Source: the human T2T-CHM13v2.0 reference genome, Homo sapiens
Assembly: GCF_009914755.1 (NCBI RefSeq)
Contig: NC_060931.1
Direction: 5' to 3' (one strand)
Length of the DNA: 64,000 bases
The position numbers and the translations under genes were made by a program. The notes beneath the pieces are model-generated. The model was not told where the DNA came from. It worked only from the letters and a program-made list of their open reading frames with translations, and made no database searches. Below are positions 17,793-33,163 of this stretch, piece after piece (position 1 is the stretch's first letter; every line of letters starts with the position of its first letter).

Positions 17793-20700
17793 GTGACATG
17801 GGCCTCTCGGGGTCGCGGGGTCAGGGACCCCAGGTCACGGCCCCCTCCTCTCCCAGGGTCACGGCCCCCATCCCCGAGGGCCTAAAGACCCCTCATCCCC
17901 CCCTCCAGGGTCACGGCCACCTCCTCCTCGCAGGTACCGGCCTCCTTCCTTCTCGAGGGTCCCTTCTGAGTCCTAGGACCCTTTCTTCCAGGGTCATGGC
18001 CTCCTCCTCAAAGGTCTAAATACCCTCCAACCCCCAGTGAGGGTCCACGGCCCCCCTCCCGATTCTGGCCTTCCCTTCTGGTGTCACTAAGGCCCCTGGG
18101 TTTCATGGAGCTGCCTCTCCCCACTCCGTGAGCCCCCTTGGCCAGTGGAGGGCCTCTCCACCATCACTGTTGGCGGCCTGGTGCTGTGTCCCAGCAGAGA
18201 CCCCTCCCCAGATGACCCCCAGGCTCTGAGATCAGAGCGGGTGCCTGAGCACATTGGGTGCAGGCAGGCAGAGACTCCTCGCCCACTCACCCCCGACTGG
18301 GGAATCCCACTGCCAGGCTTCCAGTGGGTGAATGGCCTGGGCCGCCGCCAGCCCTCTGTGGCCGGTAATGACCCCCTGCTTGGCGGTCAGGCTGTGGGAT
18401 GTACACAGGGTGCCGTGTGTGGCCGTGGGAGACCAGGCTGCCTGTAGCCCCCGGGGGAGGGAGGCCCGGCGGCCAGGAAGCACCGTGGGCCTCAGGCAGG
18501 GAGGCTGGAAGCGGCTGAGCCCAGGCAGACCTGGGGGGCGGCTGGGGGCCCTTTGCAGCCCTCTCCCAGGGGAGCCCTTAGCCTGGCATCATGCCAGGCC
18601 CCAGCACCACCCCCATCGCCAAGCTACTGTCATTTGAGTGCGGGGCAGGGGACCAAGCTGTGGGCATTTCCTTCCTGCCTAGAGATCCGGATTCCAGAAG
18701 CCCCGTGACCAGGGTCCCTGGTCACCTGGAGTTTCTCTCTGGACGGATCATGGCAGAGCCCCATGGTGGGGTGGGGATGGCTTTGCTTATCAAAATGGCT
18801 TGGGAATCCGGTATTCCGCGGGCAGCCTAGCACCTGGACTCTTCAGAACTGTGTTGTCTGTGGCCTCCCGCATCCAGAGGAGGGAGGCGGAAGTGGAGGA
18901 GCAGGGCACCTGGGAGCCCACTGCTCCCAGCCTCGCGCTCACTTGAACCCAGGCCCCCCAGCCGAGCCGATGACGTTTCCTAACAGATGAGGAAGGGGGC
19001 GAGGGATCGGCCCAGGCACGCCCAGACACAGCAGGGAGGAGGGAGGCGGAAGGATTGGTATAAAATCTCACGCCTGCGTTCTAGAAGCCCAGCCCTGGGG
19101 GACCGTTCAGTGTGGGGGCAATGCACATTCAGGAACTTCTGGAACTTATTCCATGCTGATGGCTTTGTCACTTGTCCCTGGAGGACTCTGTTGAAGCTGC
19201 AAGGAGGGTGTGCTTCACTTTGGAAAGTTCTCTGCCCTGAGGGTTTGGCCCATTTGTCAGTTCTTAAGCTCCGGGGCAGCCCTGGGGCGTGGGGGGCGGC
19301 TGTTTCCTGCTGCCCCTTGGGCTGCCACCTGCCCGAGCTGCCAGCCACAGTTGGACTTCCTTCCAGCCCTCCGGGGTGCCTGCATTCCCACATTCGAGAC
19401 AGGCAGTGAGAGGGAGTGAGGGGCGATGATGTCTGCAGCCCACAAGAGCCTCCGGGCAGTAGCCAGGCCCCTCTGCTCAGCCTGACCTGCCTGGCCTCCA
19501 GCAGGGTGCTATGGCCCTGGGAGGCCCTGGCTTCTGCCCCCTTTCCTCCCCTGCCCTGCGCTCTGCTCTGCTGTGGGAGGGCTCTGACTCACTCTCTCTC
19601 CTGCCTCATCTCCACAGAGCAGAATTAGCCACTGAATAATTCACGATGTGGAAACCGGCCTGCCTCCATCCCCCGCCGCCTCCACTCCCGGCTCTTGGCG
19701 AGGGGCTGTGGCGTGAGCTGGTCCTGGCGTGCGTCCTGCCCCTGCCCTTCCAATACTGGTGCTTTTCGGCAACTGCTTGGTGTCTCTGAGCCTTCATTGC
19801 CTCATCCTGAATCTGGGCTGGCCGTGCCTCCTGTGTAGGGTCACCCCTGGGAGGCAAGGGCCAGGAGCCCCCTTCCTGGGAGAATGGGCAGTGGGTGGGC
19901 CTGGGCTGTGGCAGGCGCCCCTTCCTGCCTCCCCTGGTGAGGAGTTGCTGGCTGTAGTGGGGGGTGGACCCCTCACCCATCCTGACTGAGGGCTCCCTCT
20001 TAGCTGTCTCTGTGCTGCCCCAACCTGGGCTGTGCCCTGCTGGGGAGTGGGCATCTGCCCCGTGGTTATGGGGGCGGGGGGATGGAGGGGAGGTGGGGCC
20101 TGGGGTTGGGAGTTGGGGGTGTGGCACGGGGGACTGGCCTTTGTCCTTTGCTATTTCTGGCCCCCGTGGTCTGCTGTTGGGAACCCTGGTGAAACCCCCG
20201 GAGGGACCAGGGCCAGGTCCTGTTTCAAGGCCCTGCGTGGGACTGCCTGTCACTAGTCACTTTTCCCACAGCCCCAGGAGGTGGGGAGAGTTGTCCATTG
20301 TACAGATTAGCAAACTGAGGCTCCGAATCACATAGTGAGTAAGTGGTGGGGCCGCAGCCCTGCTGTAGGTCCCTCGTCCGGCCCCCCGAGGAGCCGGGGT
20401 CAGCCTGGAGTCGCAGGCTCCCCGGATTCCCCCACGGCTGCCTTGCCGCTGGGGGTGTGACCGTGGGATTAGAAGCTGATGGGGGCTGAGGGAGCTGTGA
20501 GAGGGCAGGGGGTGGAGGGGCATCTGGGGTCGGCTCTGTGCAGCTCCCCAGCCAGTGACTGTCGAGAGGGGCTCCCGTGCTGCCTGAGCATCTGAGTGAA
20601 TGGGGGGCTGTTGTTCACAGGAGGGATTTGGAGGCCCACAGGAGGCCTGAGACTCCCTGGTGGCCCTGCAGCTGAGCTGGCAGGGCTGGGCCTGAGGCCT

Positions 20701-23700
20701 CTGGCGTGGCCCGGGGCCAGTCAGTGCTGCATAGTGAGTCCTGAATGTCAAGTGGGTCTGGCTGTCCTGCCCCGGGCAGGGGCCCTTGAGGGCAGCAGAG
20801 CCTTCTCTTCAGCTAGAGCATCGCAGGCCTGCACCCTCGCTCTGTCGCTTCTTCCTGCGTGACCTTGGGTGGTCCAGACACTGTCCTGGGCTTTATTCGG
20901 GGGAGGCCTGCCTGCTCAGCTCCCACCAGCCCTTTGTGACCCCGTGTCCTCAGGCAGGGATCAAGTTCATGCCCACTGACCTCAGCCTCTCTCTCGGGCT
21001 GTCTCCTCCAGCTCAGGGCAGGCCAGATGCAGGACAACAGCTACGGACTGTGGTGGGTTGCGAACCCAGGCGGTGGGAGCCCAGTGGTCAGGGAAGGCTT
21101 CCTGCAGGAGGTGGTGTTAACTGGCTTGCCATGGAGGTTGCAAGCCCGGCTGCCGACAATCAGAGGGTTAGGATTTGCCTGCTCATTTCTGACTCCTCCA
21201 TGGGCCGTGCTGGCCCTGGCAGGTGATGGTTTCACTGGGACATCTGCCTTCCAGGGCAGATAGTGGGCCCTGCCTCAGTTTGCCTAGCATGGGGGACGTG
21301 TTTTCCACTAGAGCCTGGAATGCCCAGATGTTTCTGTTGAGACCTTAATGATAAGACTGAGGTCACCATACAGAGACCTTGGGGAAGAGCTTCTGGGCTG
21401 GGGGAACGGCAGGTGCAAAGGCCCTGAGGCAGAGAGAAGCTTGAGCCTCGGGGAGAGGCCTCAGCCCCACGTGCCAGAGGGTCGCTCTGGTCTGACTGCG
21501 CACGGGGAATGTGCTGCCTCAGGAACTGGTGAGCCCTCTGTGCCAGGCACTGTGCCAGCCCAGGCTGGATGGCCACTCAGAGGGGATCTGAGCTCTGGGA
21601 GTAGGGCCAGTGTTCTCCTAGCAGAGTTGGGAGCCCGGCTCCTAAGAGCACAACACCTCTGTCTGTGCCGCCACAAGGTGAGGTCAGCCTTGTGCCCAGT
21701 TGCAGCCTGGGGGGCAGTTCCCTGGGGCAGGGCTGGCCTGTTATCATCCTCCCCACTCATCAGAAGGAAATGAGTTCTGGTTAAAACGGCAGTGTTGGTC
21801 GCCTGTCGCCTGTCTTGTCATTTACGAAAGCAGTACACGTTCATGGAACATTTGGGGAAAAGGGAAGAGCGTGAGACAGAAGCGTCCCTCCAGCTGGGTT
21901 CAGTCCAAGAGCATAGAGCTGTAGGGTGGGTGTCCCTGAGAACTGGAATCCTATTGCTTTTGACATGTCTCGTACTTTGGACCGTGTTCCAGATGCTTGT
22001 CCAGCGTCCCACGGTGCCAGGCAGGATTCTGTACCTACAGATGACAGAAGCGGGCCAGACACGGAGGCCCCCGGGGAGCTGGGCGGAAGCTTCAGGAGCA
22101 ATCCCTGAGTGGACAGGAGCTGATGAACTAGGCTGGGGGTGTACAGCGAATGGGACCCTGCATTGGGGGGTGGAGGTGGGCAGGAAGCCCCTGATGGCTG
22201 GTCCCAGTCCACTCAGGATTTCCATCTTGGCCGGTGTCTGCATTCCTGGGGAGACTCCGATTGGCTGAGCTTGCCTTTTGGCCAGGGGGTGTGAAGCTGT
22301 GGGCCCTGGACCTGCTTGGGGGTGGGTGTCAGGCCACCCTTGGCCCGGCCGCTGCCCGCATCAAGGGTTCCTATATCTGGGCTCCTGGTTTTTGTGGTTC
22401 TGAGGGTACTCTGGCCACCTCTGTCCCCAGGAGACTCTGGGGTTCTCAAGCCCCTTCCTTGGAGTGCAGCAGCCTGGGACCCTCTAGAAGTCCCCGAGGT
22501 CTTCACGGCTTTTTGTAGGTGTGGATGTTGGGGTGGTTATTCTTGCTCAGGGTGCTGGCTCCCTGATCTCCCCAGTTCTAGCATCACCAGGGGCCACTCC
22601 AGTCTGTGTGTGCGGGACCCCCGCCTGCCCCCCACTCGCCTGAGACTCGAGGGCCAGCTCTAGGACCCCTCTTCTGGGCATCTCCATGGTGACCCTTCTT
22701 CCTCCCCTGACCCCTGGGCAGGGCCCTGCCAGCCAACCCCGTCTAAGGGATTTGCAGTGTCAGCCGCTCTGACCCCCGGCCGGGGGCTCTTGGTCAGGCT
22801 CTGGGGGAGCGGGGAGCCCTGCAGCTTGGTTCCCCAGGCCACGGCGGCTCTCCCCGGATGCTTGTGCTGCTCGTTTCTAAAGCACTTTTCTTGGAGAGCC
22901 ACCCAGTGGCCCTGGGAGGTGGACACTGTGTCCCCGACATAAGCAGAAACGGGGGCCGGCCAGCATGGGGGGCCGGAAGACTGGGCACGGGTTCCAGCTG
23001 CAGCCCAGCCACGTCCGTCCCAGTGGATACAGCGTCAGCACAGTTCGTGAACCCAGGGGTGCAGGTTTAGGGGGCTCAGGGGCATCTACACTTCCCCCAC
23101 CTGCCCCACCGTCAGTTCTGCTGAGGCCTCGGCTAGAGAAGAGGAACCGAATCTGCAGCCAGGGGCCTGGGGTCAAGGACATGGGAAGTGCCTGACGTGG
23201 CCACCGGGGAATTGGCATGTGACAGCGGGTGGATGGTGGGTGTGGGAGGGTCACAGGAGGGCCTCCTGTACCCGGGCCTGCCGCTATGTTCTGCAGGGAG
23301 CCCACCCAGGCCCTGTGCTGGGCCTCACACCATCCGAGGGGGCTTCTCACAGTCTTGGGAGGCTGGCTGAGACCTGAGTCCTGTGGGGCAGCACCCACTG
23401 TGGCTGGGTCAGGCCCATGTTGGCCGAGGGTGTGGGAGGAAGCCGGGCCACCCACAGAGTGCCAGTGCCTTCGGCCTCTGAGGAGGGTACCAGCCACAGT
23501 GCCCCTAGCCGTTCTGCCCCCCTCGGGCCTGTGCACGCCGGCTGGGTTCCTGGCCATCGTGGAAGAGCACTCCTGAAGTTCTGGGGTGCACCCAGCTCTG
23601 AGCCCTGCAGCCCTGTGTCTGGGGTTCGGCCGTGCCCTCTGGGCTGCCTCTCCCTGGTAGGGAGCTGATCCCGGAGATGGGGCTCCAGTCTGGCGGCTCC

Positions 23701-26700
23701 TGGCTGGGTCTGAGGCCTGGGGCCCGGTCCCCAGGCAGCTGGTGCAGAGGGCTGCAGACAAGTGGGAAGAGCAGGGGATTTTCCGGGTGTCACGCTGGGA
23801 GATGTGTCGGAGCACGGGGACCAAAATAGACACGCTTGCTGCAGCTCTTTGGTGTCTGTTCCTTGCACGAGGGGGAGGGCGGGCGTGGGCAGCGGGAGAG
23901 CTGGGGTCCCCCGGCTACAGGGTGCAGGAAAGGGGCCCGGCCTGTGGGGAGACGGGCAGGAGCGGCTCTGAGCCTCAGCCCCAGGGCTGCCTCTCTGGCC
24001 TCCTTCCAGGCCATTCCTGGAGGGTGAGGGCCAGCCCGGAGGGAGCCCCGTGGGGTGTGGGGCCATGTGCAGCCTGGCGACCTGGACCTCGGACCTCAGG
24101 AGTTGGGGACAGGGACACAAAGTTGGCCCCGACCCCGGCTCCCACGTGGCCGCTGCTGGCTGCACGTCCTCCAGGCACGGCCAGGAGCTCACCGTCATGG
24201 AATGCGTGAAACCCAAACCCAGCCTGGTGGAAAATCTGTTTTTAATTTTGGGCCAGTGTCGCTGGGAGCCTGGGCCGAGTGTGCTATGGGTAGGGGCTGG
24301 GGCCACGTGTCCAGCTTGGCCGCATGGGGGGCTGAGGCCTAGCCAAAGACTGTGACCCTGGACCCCCCACTTGTGCAAGGGGACCCACGAGGCAAAGGTA
24401 GGGGGACCCACTTCCCAGTGGCGGGCCCCTGACATGGGGGTGGTGGTAGTGGCTCGCACACGCCGAGCCCACCCTGGCCTCCCCAAACAAGTCTGGGCCC
24501 TAGGGATCCCGCCCCTTTCCTGACCCTGGCCCAGGACACCTGGGGGGTTCTCACAGTGCTGGGGGCCAGAACCCCTCGGTCTGCACTGGGGTGTGGGACC
24601 CCAGCCAGCCTCTCAGACACCCCCAAACCTTGTTGCTTCCTCTGGAGGAGGGGCCTTGGGAGTTCCAGGGCTGGAGTTCAGCATCCGTGGAGGCAGGTGG
24701 GGGTCACTCCCCTCCCACTCCCACCTCTCGCCTGCCACGTCCTCCCGGAGCCCCGTGCTGCTGCCATACGCACAGGCTCAGGCCAGGGCCTGGCTGGTCC
24801 CTGCTGCCAGTGTATCTTCGGCATGCAGGAGACGTTTGCCGCCTGGACCCTGTGCCAGGCCTTGGCTGACACTGTCCCCGGGCCAAGAGTGCCCTCCCCC
24901 ACCTGTTGCGGTACCCACGATGCTCCCCACAACGGGAGTTTCAGTGACCGCCTCATTCCTCTTCCTGCCTCCCACAGCCTCCGAGCTCACGGGGCCAGCA
25001 CTGTGGGCACAGGGGAGCCCCCGACCTAGCGCGGCCGAGCTGTCTGTCCAAGCCTGGGCCCCAGCACCCAGCGCAAGCTGCTGCTAAGATGCCCTGGAAG
25101 CTGATGCTCCCAATTAGCCCGGAGCCCAGCCAGGACCACAGCCGTCAGTGTGGGGACTCCGTCCCCATCCAGGAAGCCGGGGGTGACTCTGTCCCCACTG
25201 CAGTCAGGCTGTGTGGCCGTTACCATATTGTGTGTCTGTCACATGCCGGCACCTCTGGTGGGGTTCTGGCCCCTCAGTGGCCTCTGTGGAGCCTGTCCCT
25301 TTCCCTCCTCCAAGCTGTGTCACTTCCACACGGAGCTGGCACGAGGGGCGGGGCAGGGCTGGAACCCACCTTCTGCCCACCCCTTCTCTGGCCACCGGGG
25401 GCTGCTTCTCCTGCCACCCCTGCTCACCGTGCCCCGTGGCTGCACCCCTGGGGCTCGCTGGTCTCTCCCAATGCCTCGGGCAGCCATCATCCTCAGCTGT
25501 GGTCACGCTGCCTGGCCTGCCAGGCTCACCCGCCCCCGCTGTGTGACTGTGGACTCTGGAACTCCCTGTGCCTAGCAGCGTGGCTCCAGGACACGGGCCC
25601 TATGTCTTCGCTTCCCTCCCTGCTCAGGGCAGACCCGCAGCAGTGTCCAGCCAAGGAGCGAGCAGCCGTGGCTGGAATGGCAGGGTGGTGGGATCGTGGC
25701 CACTGCCTGTGGCTGGGGCTGGAGGCTGCATCGGGCCAAACTTCTCATCAGAGTCCCTGTGAGCACCCCCCAGTGGGCCAGGGCCTCCTCAGCCCAGCCA
25801 CGCGCCACGGTAGCCCACAGGTTGGTGGCACAGAGCGGCGTGTGGGTCCGTGGCGCAGGGTAGCGGGGTGGGCAGCTGCTCCCAGGCGTGTGCATGTAGA
25901 GCAGCCGCCTGTGTGTGTGTGTGGGGGGGGACGTGTGTTCCATAGGCCGGCCGTGACTTGCTGTGCACCCTCCCGAGTGGCATGCTTCCTCACACGCTGC
26001 CAGGCCCAGGTCCTGCCACCAGGTGCTCCGGGAGCCACCAGGATGCCCAGCAGCAGCCACCTGTGCAGGTGGCAGGCAGTGTGCCCTGCCCTGCTGTCAT
26101 GCATGGCCCTCCCACCTTGGCAGCCTGGTGTGGTGTGGCCTGTGCTGGCGCTGAGCCTGGCATTGCGTTGGGGGGTGCCTGTGTCTGTGTGGCTGATGGG
26201 AGTCACGTCCAGACAGGGCCTGGAGGCAGAGTGGGCATGGCCAGGAGGCCGCGGCAGGCGTGGGGCACAGGCCTCACAGCTGCTCGTGCACGTCGTCTGT
26301 TCAAGTGTCCTGCCCCGTGGGCCGTCCTAAGGCCTTGTGGCTCACTGGGCCCTCCCTTCTCCAAGCAGGGCTGGGTTGGGGCCACCCACCTGTGCAGGCA
26401 GCCAGGTCAGGTTGGGGGTCTCGCCTTACAAGTGCGGAGCCAGCCGAGGTTCACACAGAGCAAAGGCTGCAGCACCGGGTTTGGGCCTGGGTCTCTAATA
26501 TCCTGGGGACATCCTGGAGGAGATGGCCTGTGTATGGGGACAATGGGGCTTCCCTGAAGGGGAAGGCTCCAGGCCCAGGGACAGCATATGCCTGGGTGTA
26601 GAGGCCACAGAGCCCTGCCCCGAGCCACACCCCAGCCCTGCCCGCTCCTCACCAGCCAGTGCCCCAGGCATCCCTGCCAGGCCAGGGAGGTCTTGCTCTG

Positions 26701-27639
26701 GCCCAGGGTATACTGGGATCCTATCGGTAGCAACCTGATCTGGGACAGAGTAAGGCTTCAGGCCCCGGCTCTCTGGCTGGCTGGGTGTTTCCAGAGTTGG
26801 TGGGGTTTTGGGGGCTGCATTTTGGGGGCTGCGGGGCAGTCGGGGGAGTCTGGGCTCACGGTGGGAGGGGGCATCCCCCATGGATGCCGTCTGTGGCTGT
26901 GGGGCTGCAGGGGCTTGGAGAAGGAGGGGGTGGCCCAGGGCCGAGACCAGGAGCCCTAGGGTGGGGGCAGGGGGACTGAGGCTGCAGGAGGGGGTCGCCC
27001 CCAGCCCCCTTGGCACATGTGTGGCAGTTGAGTCCTCTCCGTGTGCTCCGCGGAACCCAGCGTGCAGTTTTCGCCTCGCCTGACCGAGCCCTTACATCAC
27101 TTCCACCACAGACGGAAAATTCCATTTGGTCAGAGCCCAGCTGCTGATCAGACAGTTCCCATTCTTTCTCTGAATGGGCCAGGGAGGGGCGGAGGGGCCG
27201 CCAGCCCGGTGGAGAGAGGTGGCTGGGCCACCGTAGGAATGCCGCTGGCCCGGTGCCCCGCAGGAGACCGTCTGCTGGGAATCTGGCTTCGGGAAGTGGG
27301 TGCAGAGGCCAGGCTGGCCACGGCACGCTCCCCGCAGACAGCTGGGCTCAGGCCTGGCGCGTTGGGTGCCGGGGCTCTGACGTGGGATGAAGCAGCTGCC
27401 CGGTTTGCTGAGCACCCTGACACCCAGGCTCTGCATGCTCGCAGTGGTGGGCTGGGACCCGGGCAGCCCAAGTGGGCTCCCTTTGAGGGAGGCGCCATCT
27501 CCTTCCTCAGTTGGGGGAAGCCAAGTGAGGCTGTCCTGGCAGGGGCCCCGAAGCCTGGCCTCTGGCCCCCAGGGGCTGAGGAGCGAGGCTCCGTTTGCAG
27601 CTGGCCCCATCCAGGCAAGAACAAGAGAAAGCTGCCTCA

Positions 27640-28956
<1,317 letters not shown>

Positions 28957-31489
28957 TCACCATCCAGCAGGCTTCACAGTTCACTTACGATGATGCTGAG
29001 TGCCTGTGTTCCCTCACCACCCTGCAGGCGGCGCCAAGGGCAAGGGTGCCTGGTGCTTAGCAGCCTCTCCCCACCGGGCATGGGCGTCCCCTGCCCACTG
29101 CCCCTGGGCATCAGCCCTCTGCACCAGGGCAGTGCCATCTGAGGGACGGGCTTGCCTCGCCCAGATCCTGTTTGGCCAGGGCTTATCTCGCTCTGCCTCC
29201 GTTTTCTCATCTGGCAAGTGGGAGTGGGTGGCTCTGGCGCCGCTGAGGAAGTGATCTGGACCTGGAAGCCCTTTGATGTACGCTGATGCCCCGAGCTCTG
29301 GGTGGACATGCCAGGCCGGTGGCTGCGGAGGTCACACCTGTTTAGGCTCTGCGTAATGCGTGTCTGGGATTGACCTGCTCTTCCAGTCCCCAGCTCCTCA
29401 CCCCAGGAGGAGTTTCCCTGCGAGGCTGTGAGTCCCAGATGTGGGGTGCAGTACAGACAGGCCCTCCTAGAGTCATGTCCCACCGGAGCACAGGGTCGGG
29501 GGAGCGAGGGTGACTCCAGCCAGGGACTGGGGAGGCCTCTGCAAGTGGAGAGCAGAGGGAGGGCTCGCTGGAGGAGTCTGACCAGCCCGGGGCCAAGATG
29601 CGGCTGGTTGACATGGCCCCCAGGCCATGGGAGCCCAGGGGAGGCCCTGTGGATGGAAGTGCAGACGTGGGCATGGGTCCTGTGGAGCTCTGGTCCCGGG
29701 GGGCATGGTCAGCTGCCCCTACAGGTCTGTTCTGCCGTTGGCCTCTGAGCTATAAGGAGGGTACTGGCAGGGCCTGCAGTCACAGCCGGTGGGGTCAGCA
29801 CCTCCACTCCATTCCCAGCCCCACACAGGCAAGGGCAGACCCAGGGAGCCCCAGAGCGTGGCTTTTCCAAGCTCCCTAACGTTTATAGACAACCCACTGA
29901 GCACAGAGCATGGGTACCGTGCTGGGACTGTTAATATGAGGCCCTGCCAAGTGACTGGACTGTCTCCGCCTCCCTGTGTGATCTTGGGTAAGCCCTACTG
30001 GGCCCTGAGGACCCCTCTGTGACATGAGCTCCCTGGGACCATGAGACCGCCCTGAGCTGATTCAGTTTCAGTGGCTCTGGTGCCAGCCCTGGGTCCTGCC
30101 CCTGGAGGGTGGGGGTGCAGGGCCCAGCAGTCCTCCTGCCATTGCAGGGGCGGTAGGCACTTGTGCATGGCTGAAGGAGTGGGAGGGTGCCCGCCCCTGA
30201 TGCTCTGCAGTGCCCAGATTGCTGGCTGCTGGGCAGCCGTGGACACACCGGTGTGGCTTTGGACCATGGCGGCTCATTTCTGGGTGTGCCGGGCTGGTCA
30301 GCACCTCCCTGGCTGGGTGGAGGTGGAAAGGCCGCCTTCGGGTGTGGACGTCGGCCGGCTTCCTGGAGGGCAGGACACGGCATCCTCCCACTGCCTGGCA
30401 ACCGTCTCCTGGGAGATCCAGCAGCAATCCCATTGCCCACTGTGGCTGAGCCTCTCATCCCAAGGGGGGGCCAGGCAGGGGACCATCTGCCCCAGCAGCT
30501 CCCAAGGCTGGGGTCCCAAGAGGGCCACACTGCTGAAGCATTGAGATGTGGGGAGAGAGGCGTTTCTCTGCAGTAGTGCCAATGAGGGCAGCGCAGGTGT
30601 GCCTGGTGGCCACCCCACAACACTGAGGGCCCCAGCTGCTGACACCCCCCAGGGGCACCCCCAAGTTAGCCTCTAGGTGGTCCCTGGCCCCATGATGAGG
30701 CGCAGCCCTGTATCAGCTCCCCATCCCTCCCCCGGCACAGGAAGTGTGTGGAGGTTCTGGAGGGCTGAGCCGGGGGCAGGGCTATGCTGAATCCAGGGAC
30801 CTGGGGTTGCAGGGCCTGTGTGCTTTCTCTGTAGCTTCTATGAAGCCCAGTTTCCCTGTGGATGAAATGGGGTGAGAGCACTCGGCCAGGCAGATCGAAT
30901 GCAGTGCCAGGAGAAGGGACAGCTCTGGGGCCACGTTACCCTCCCTCCCCGCAGCGGGTGCTGAGGAAATGTCACTGTTGCATCAAATTAGCCACTTCCT
31001 GTGGGGGTCGCCTGGCCTCGGGACAGGGGAGCTCTGGTGTCTGTTCTGTGGTCTGTCTTTTGTGTTCAGAGACCTGGGGAGAGCCACACTGGAAGGCCGT
31101 GCTTGGAGCCAGACAGGGCTGTGTGTCCGATGGGGCGCCTGTATGCAGCCTGTAGCAGTGTGGGGCCAGCCCCACCATCTCATCCAGCGTGGGGGCACGC
31201 CATGGACGGTGCCCACCCCTGAGTGCAGCTTCTCGGTGCACAGACCCCAGACAGGATCAGACTCCTGATGGGGCCTCTTCCATGTTCACCCCTCAGAAAC
31301 ACTTTCATGGTCAGCAAGAGGGGGTTCAGTCCCCCACAGGCTCCCAATTTCCCTACCAGACCTGAAAACCTCAGGACTACAGCTGGGGTGGGGGATCCTG
31401 CCAGGACTCAGGTAGGAGAGTTCTGGGCCTGAGACGGGGACGGGCTCTGGGGTCCTGGGGCTGTCTCGGGCTGGGGGTGAGGACAGTAG

Positions 31490-31864
<375 letters not shown>

Positions 31865-32377
31865 TAAACCAGGCTCGGAGAGGTGGAGGGACCTCCCTAG
31901 TGGGGCTGTGGCTGCAAAGATGGTGGCTCACCAGCAGCGTCCTCGTTTGTCACCCACATTCTCTGGCTACCTCCATCCAGCGCCTCTCCTTGGGGCCTGG
32001 TGGGGCAGACGTCCTGAGCACCTGCCCTGGACTCTGGGGACCCGGTGGGGAGGGGACATGTGCCCTTGCTGGAGCCACAGAAGCCTGGAGTCGGTTCACC
32101 CGGCCCCTCCTAGTGGCTATGGAGTCTTCATGCTGTGCAGCCTTGAGGATGGCGAGACCGGGGTCCCAGGTGTGGGGTCCAGGCCTGGGTGACCCCAGGT
32201 GCATCACTGAGGTGGTGGGAGACTCCATGCCTCACCTACAAGTCGGGGATGGGGCCCACCTCCCAGGGCTGGGGGCAGGATTAAATGGGAGTCTGCGCCA
32301 GGTCCCCTGCTGGGGCGGGGCGTGGGACTCTGAGCTGGGGGTCCACCCCTCCAGCGCCGCTTCCTGCCTGCCCTCAG

Positions 32378-32547
32378 GCCCTGCTGCTCCTGGGGGCCGC
32401 CGCCCTGGCCTGCCTCGCCCTGGACCTCCTCTTCCTGCTCTTCTACTCCTTCTGGCTGTGCTGCCGGCGGCGCAAGAGCGAGGAGCACCTGGACGCCGAC
32501 TGCTGCTGCACGGCCTGGTGTGTCATCATCGCCACGCTGGTGTGCAG
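32378..32547 (+). CDS. TTYH3: TTYH3 exon 2 (170 nt; TM1, Cys-rich loop, start of TM2)
   Basis: ctcag|GCC...TGCAG|gtgagc. Encodes ALLLLGAAALACLALDLLFLLFYSFWLCCRRRKSEEHLDADCCCTAWCVIIATLVC. Confidence 0.97.
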
Positions 32548-32666
32548 GTGAGCGCGGTGGGGCGGGGACGGAGGGCGGGGCCAGAGGGGGCGGCCCGAGG
32601 GGGCGGGGCTGGAGTGGGGTGTGTGTGGGTGGGCGGGGCTACATCTCACGGGCCCGCCCTCTCCAG

Positions 32667-32778
32667 CGCCGGCATCGCAGTGGGATTCTACGGCAACGGG
32701 GAGACCAGTGATGGCATCCATAGGGCCACCTACTCGCTCCGCCACGCCAACCGCACGGTGGCCGGGGTCCAGGACCGC
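32667..32778 (+). CDS. TTYH3: TTYH3 exon 3 (112 nt)
   Basis: tccag|C...CGC|gtgagt. Encodes SAGIAVGFYGNGETSDGIHRATYSLRHANRTVAGVQDR (tweety GFYGN motif, sequon N126). Confidence 0.97.
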
Positions 32779-32942
32779 GTGAGTGGCCGCGGAGTTGGGG
32801 CCAGGAGCACTCTTGCTGCTCCGGAGCCCCACGTCTGCGCGAGGACGGGCGGGGCAGCCGGGACTGGGGCTGTGCAGGAGGGGCCCAGACTCTGGGGCGA
32901 GGCGGGCGCGCTCCCAGCCTCACGCCCGCGGGTCCGGCGCAG

Positions 32943-33163
32943 GTGTGGGACACGGCGGTGGGGCTGAACCACACGGCGGAGCCCAGCCTGCAGACCCTGG
33001 AGCGGCAGCTGGCCGGGCGGCCCGAGCCCCTGCGAGCCGTACAGAGGCTGCAGGGCCTGCTGGAGACGCTGCTGGGCTACACGGCCGCCATCCCCTTTTG
33101 GAGGAACACGGCGGTGTCGCTGGAGGTGCTGGCGGAGCAGGTGGATCTCTACGACTGGTACAG
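32943..33163 (+). CDS. TTYH3: TTYH3 exon 4 (221 nt)
   Basis: cgcag|GTG...TACAG|gtgcgg. Encodes VWDTAVGLNHT...DLYDWYR (sequon N144). Confidence 0.96.

Larger units (their letters stand above)
17030..17900 (+). promoter_or_regulatory. TTYH3: TTYH3 CpG-island, TATA-less promoter and 5'UTR
   Basis: Very high CpG density and many GGGCGG boxes. CCAAT at 17269, 17332 and 17397, ATTGG at 17215, E-boxes CACGTG at 17041 and 17196, (GGC)6 at 17451-17468. Confidence 0.92.

Noticed and set aside
25089-26330. 413-aa ORF in intron 1 (also 23347-24486, 33672-34979, 55712-57019)
   Set aside because: GC-rich stop-poor DNA gives P/G/A/R/W-rich products with no recognisable family. Some run through Alus or tandem repeats.
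31900-32967. 355-aa ORF overlapping exons 2-3
   Set aside because: It reads through introns and is out of frame in exon 2. Only the exon 3 part is real TTYH3.
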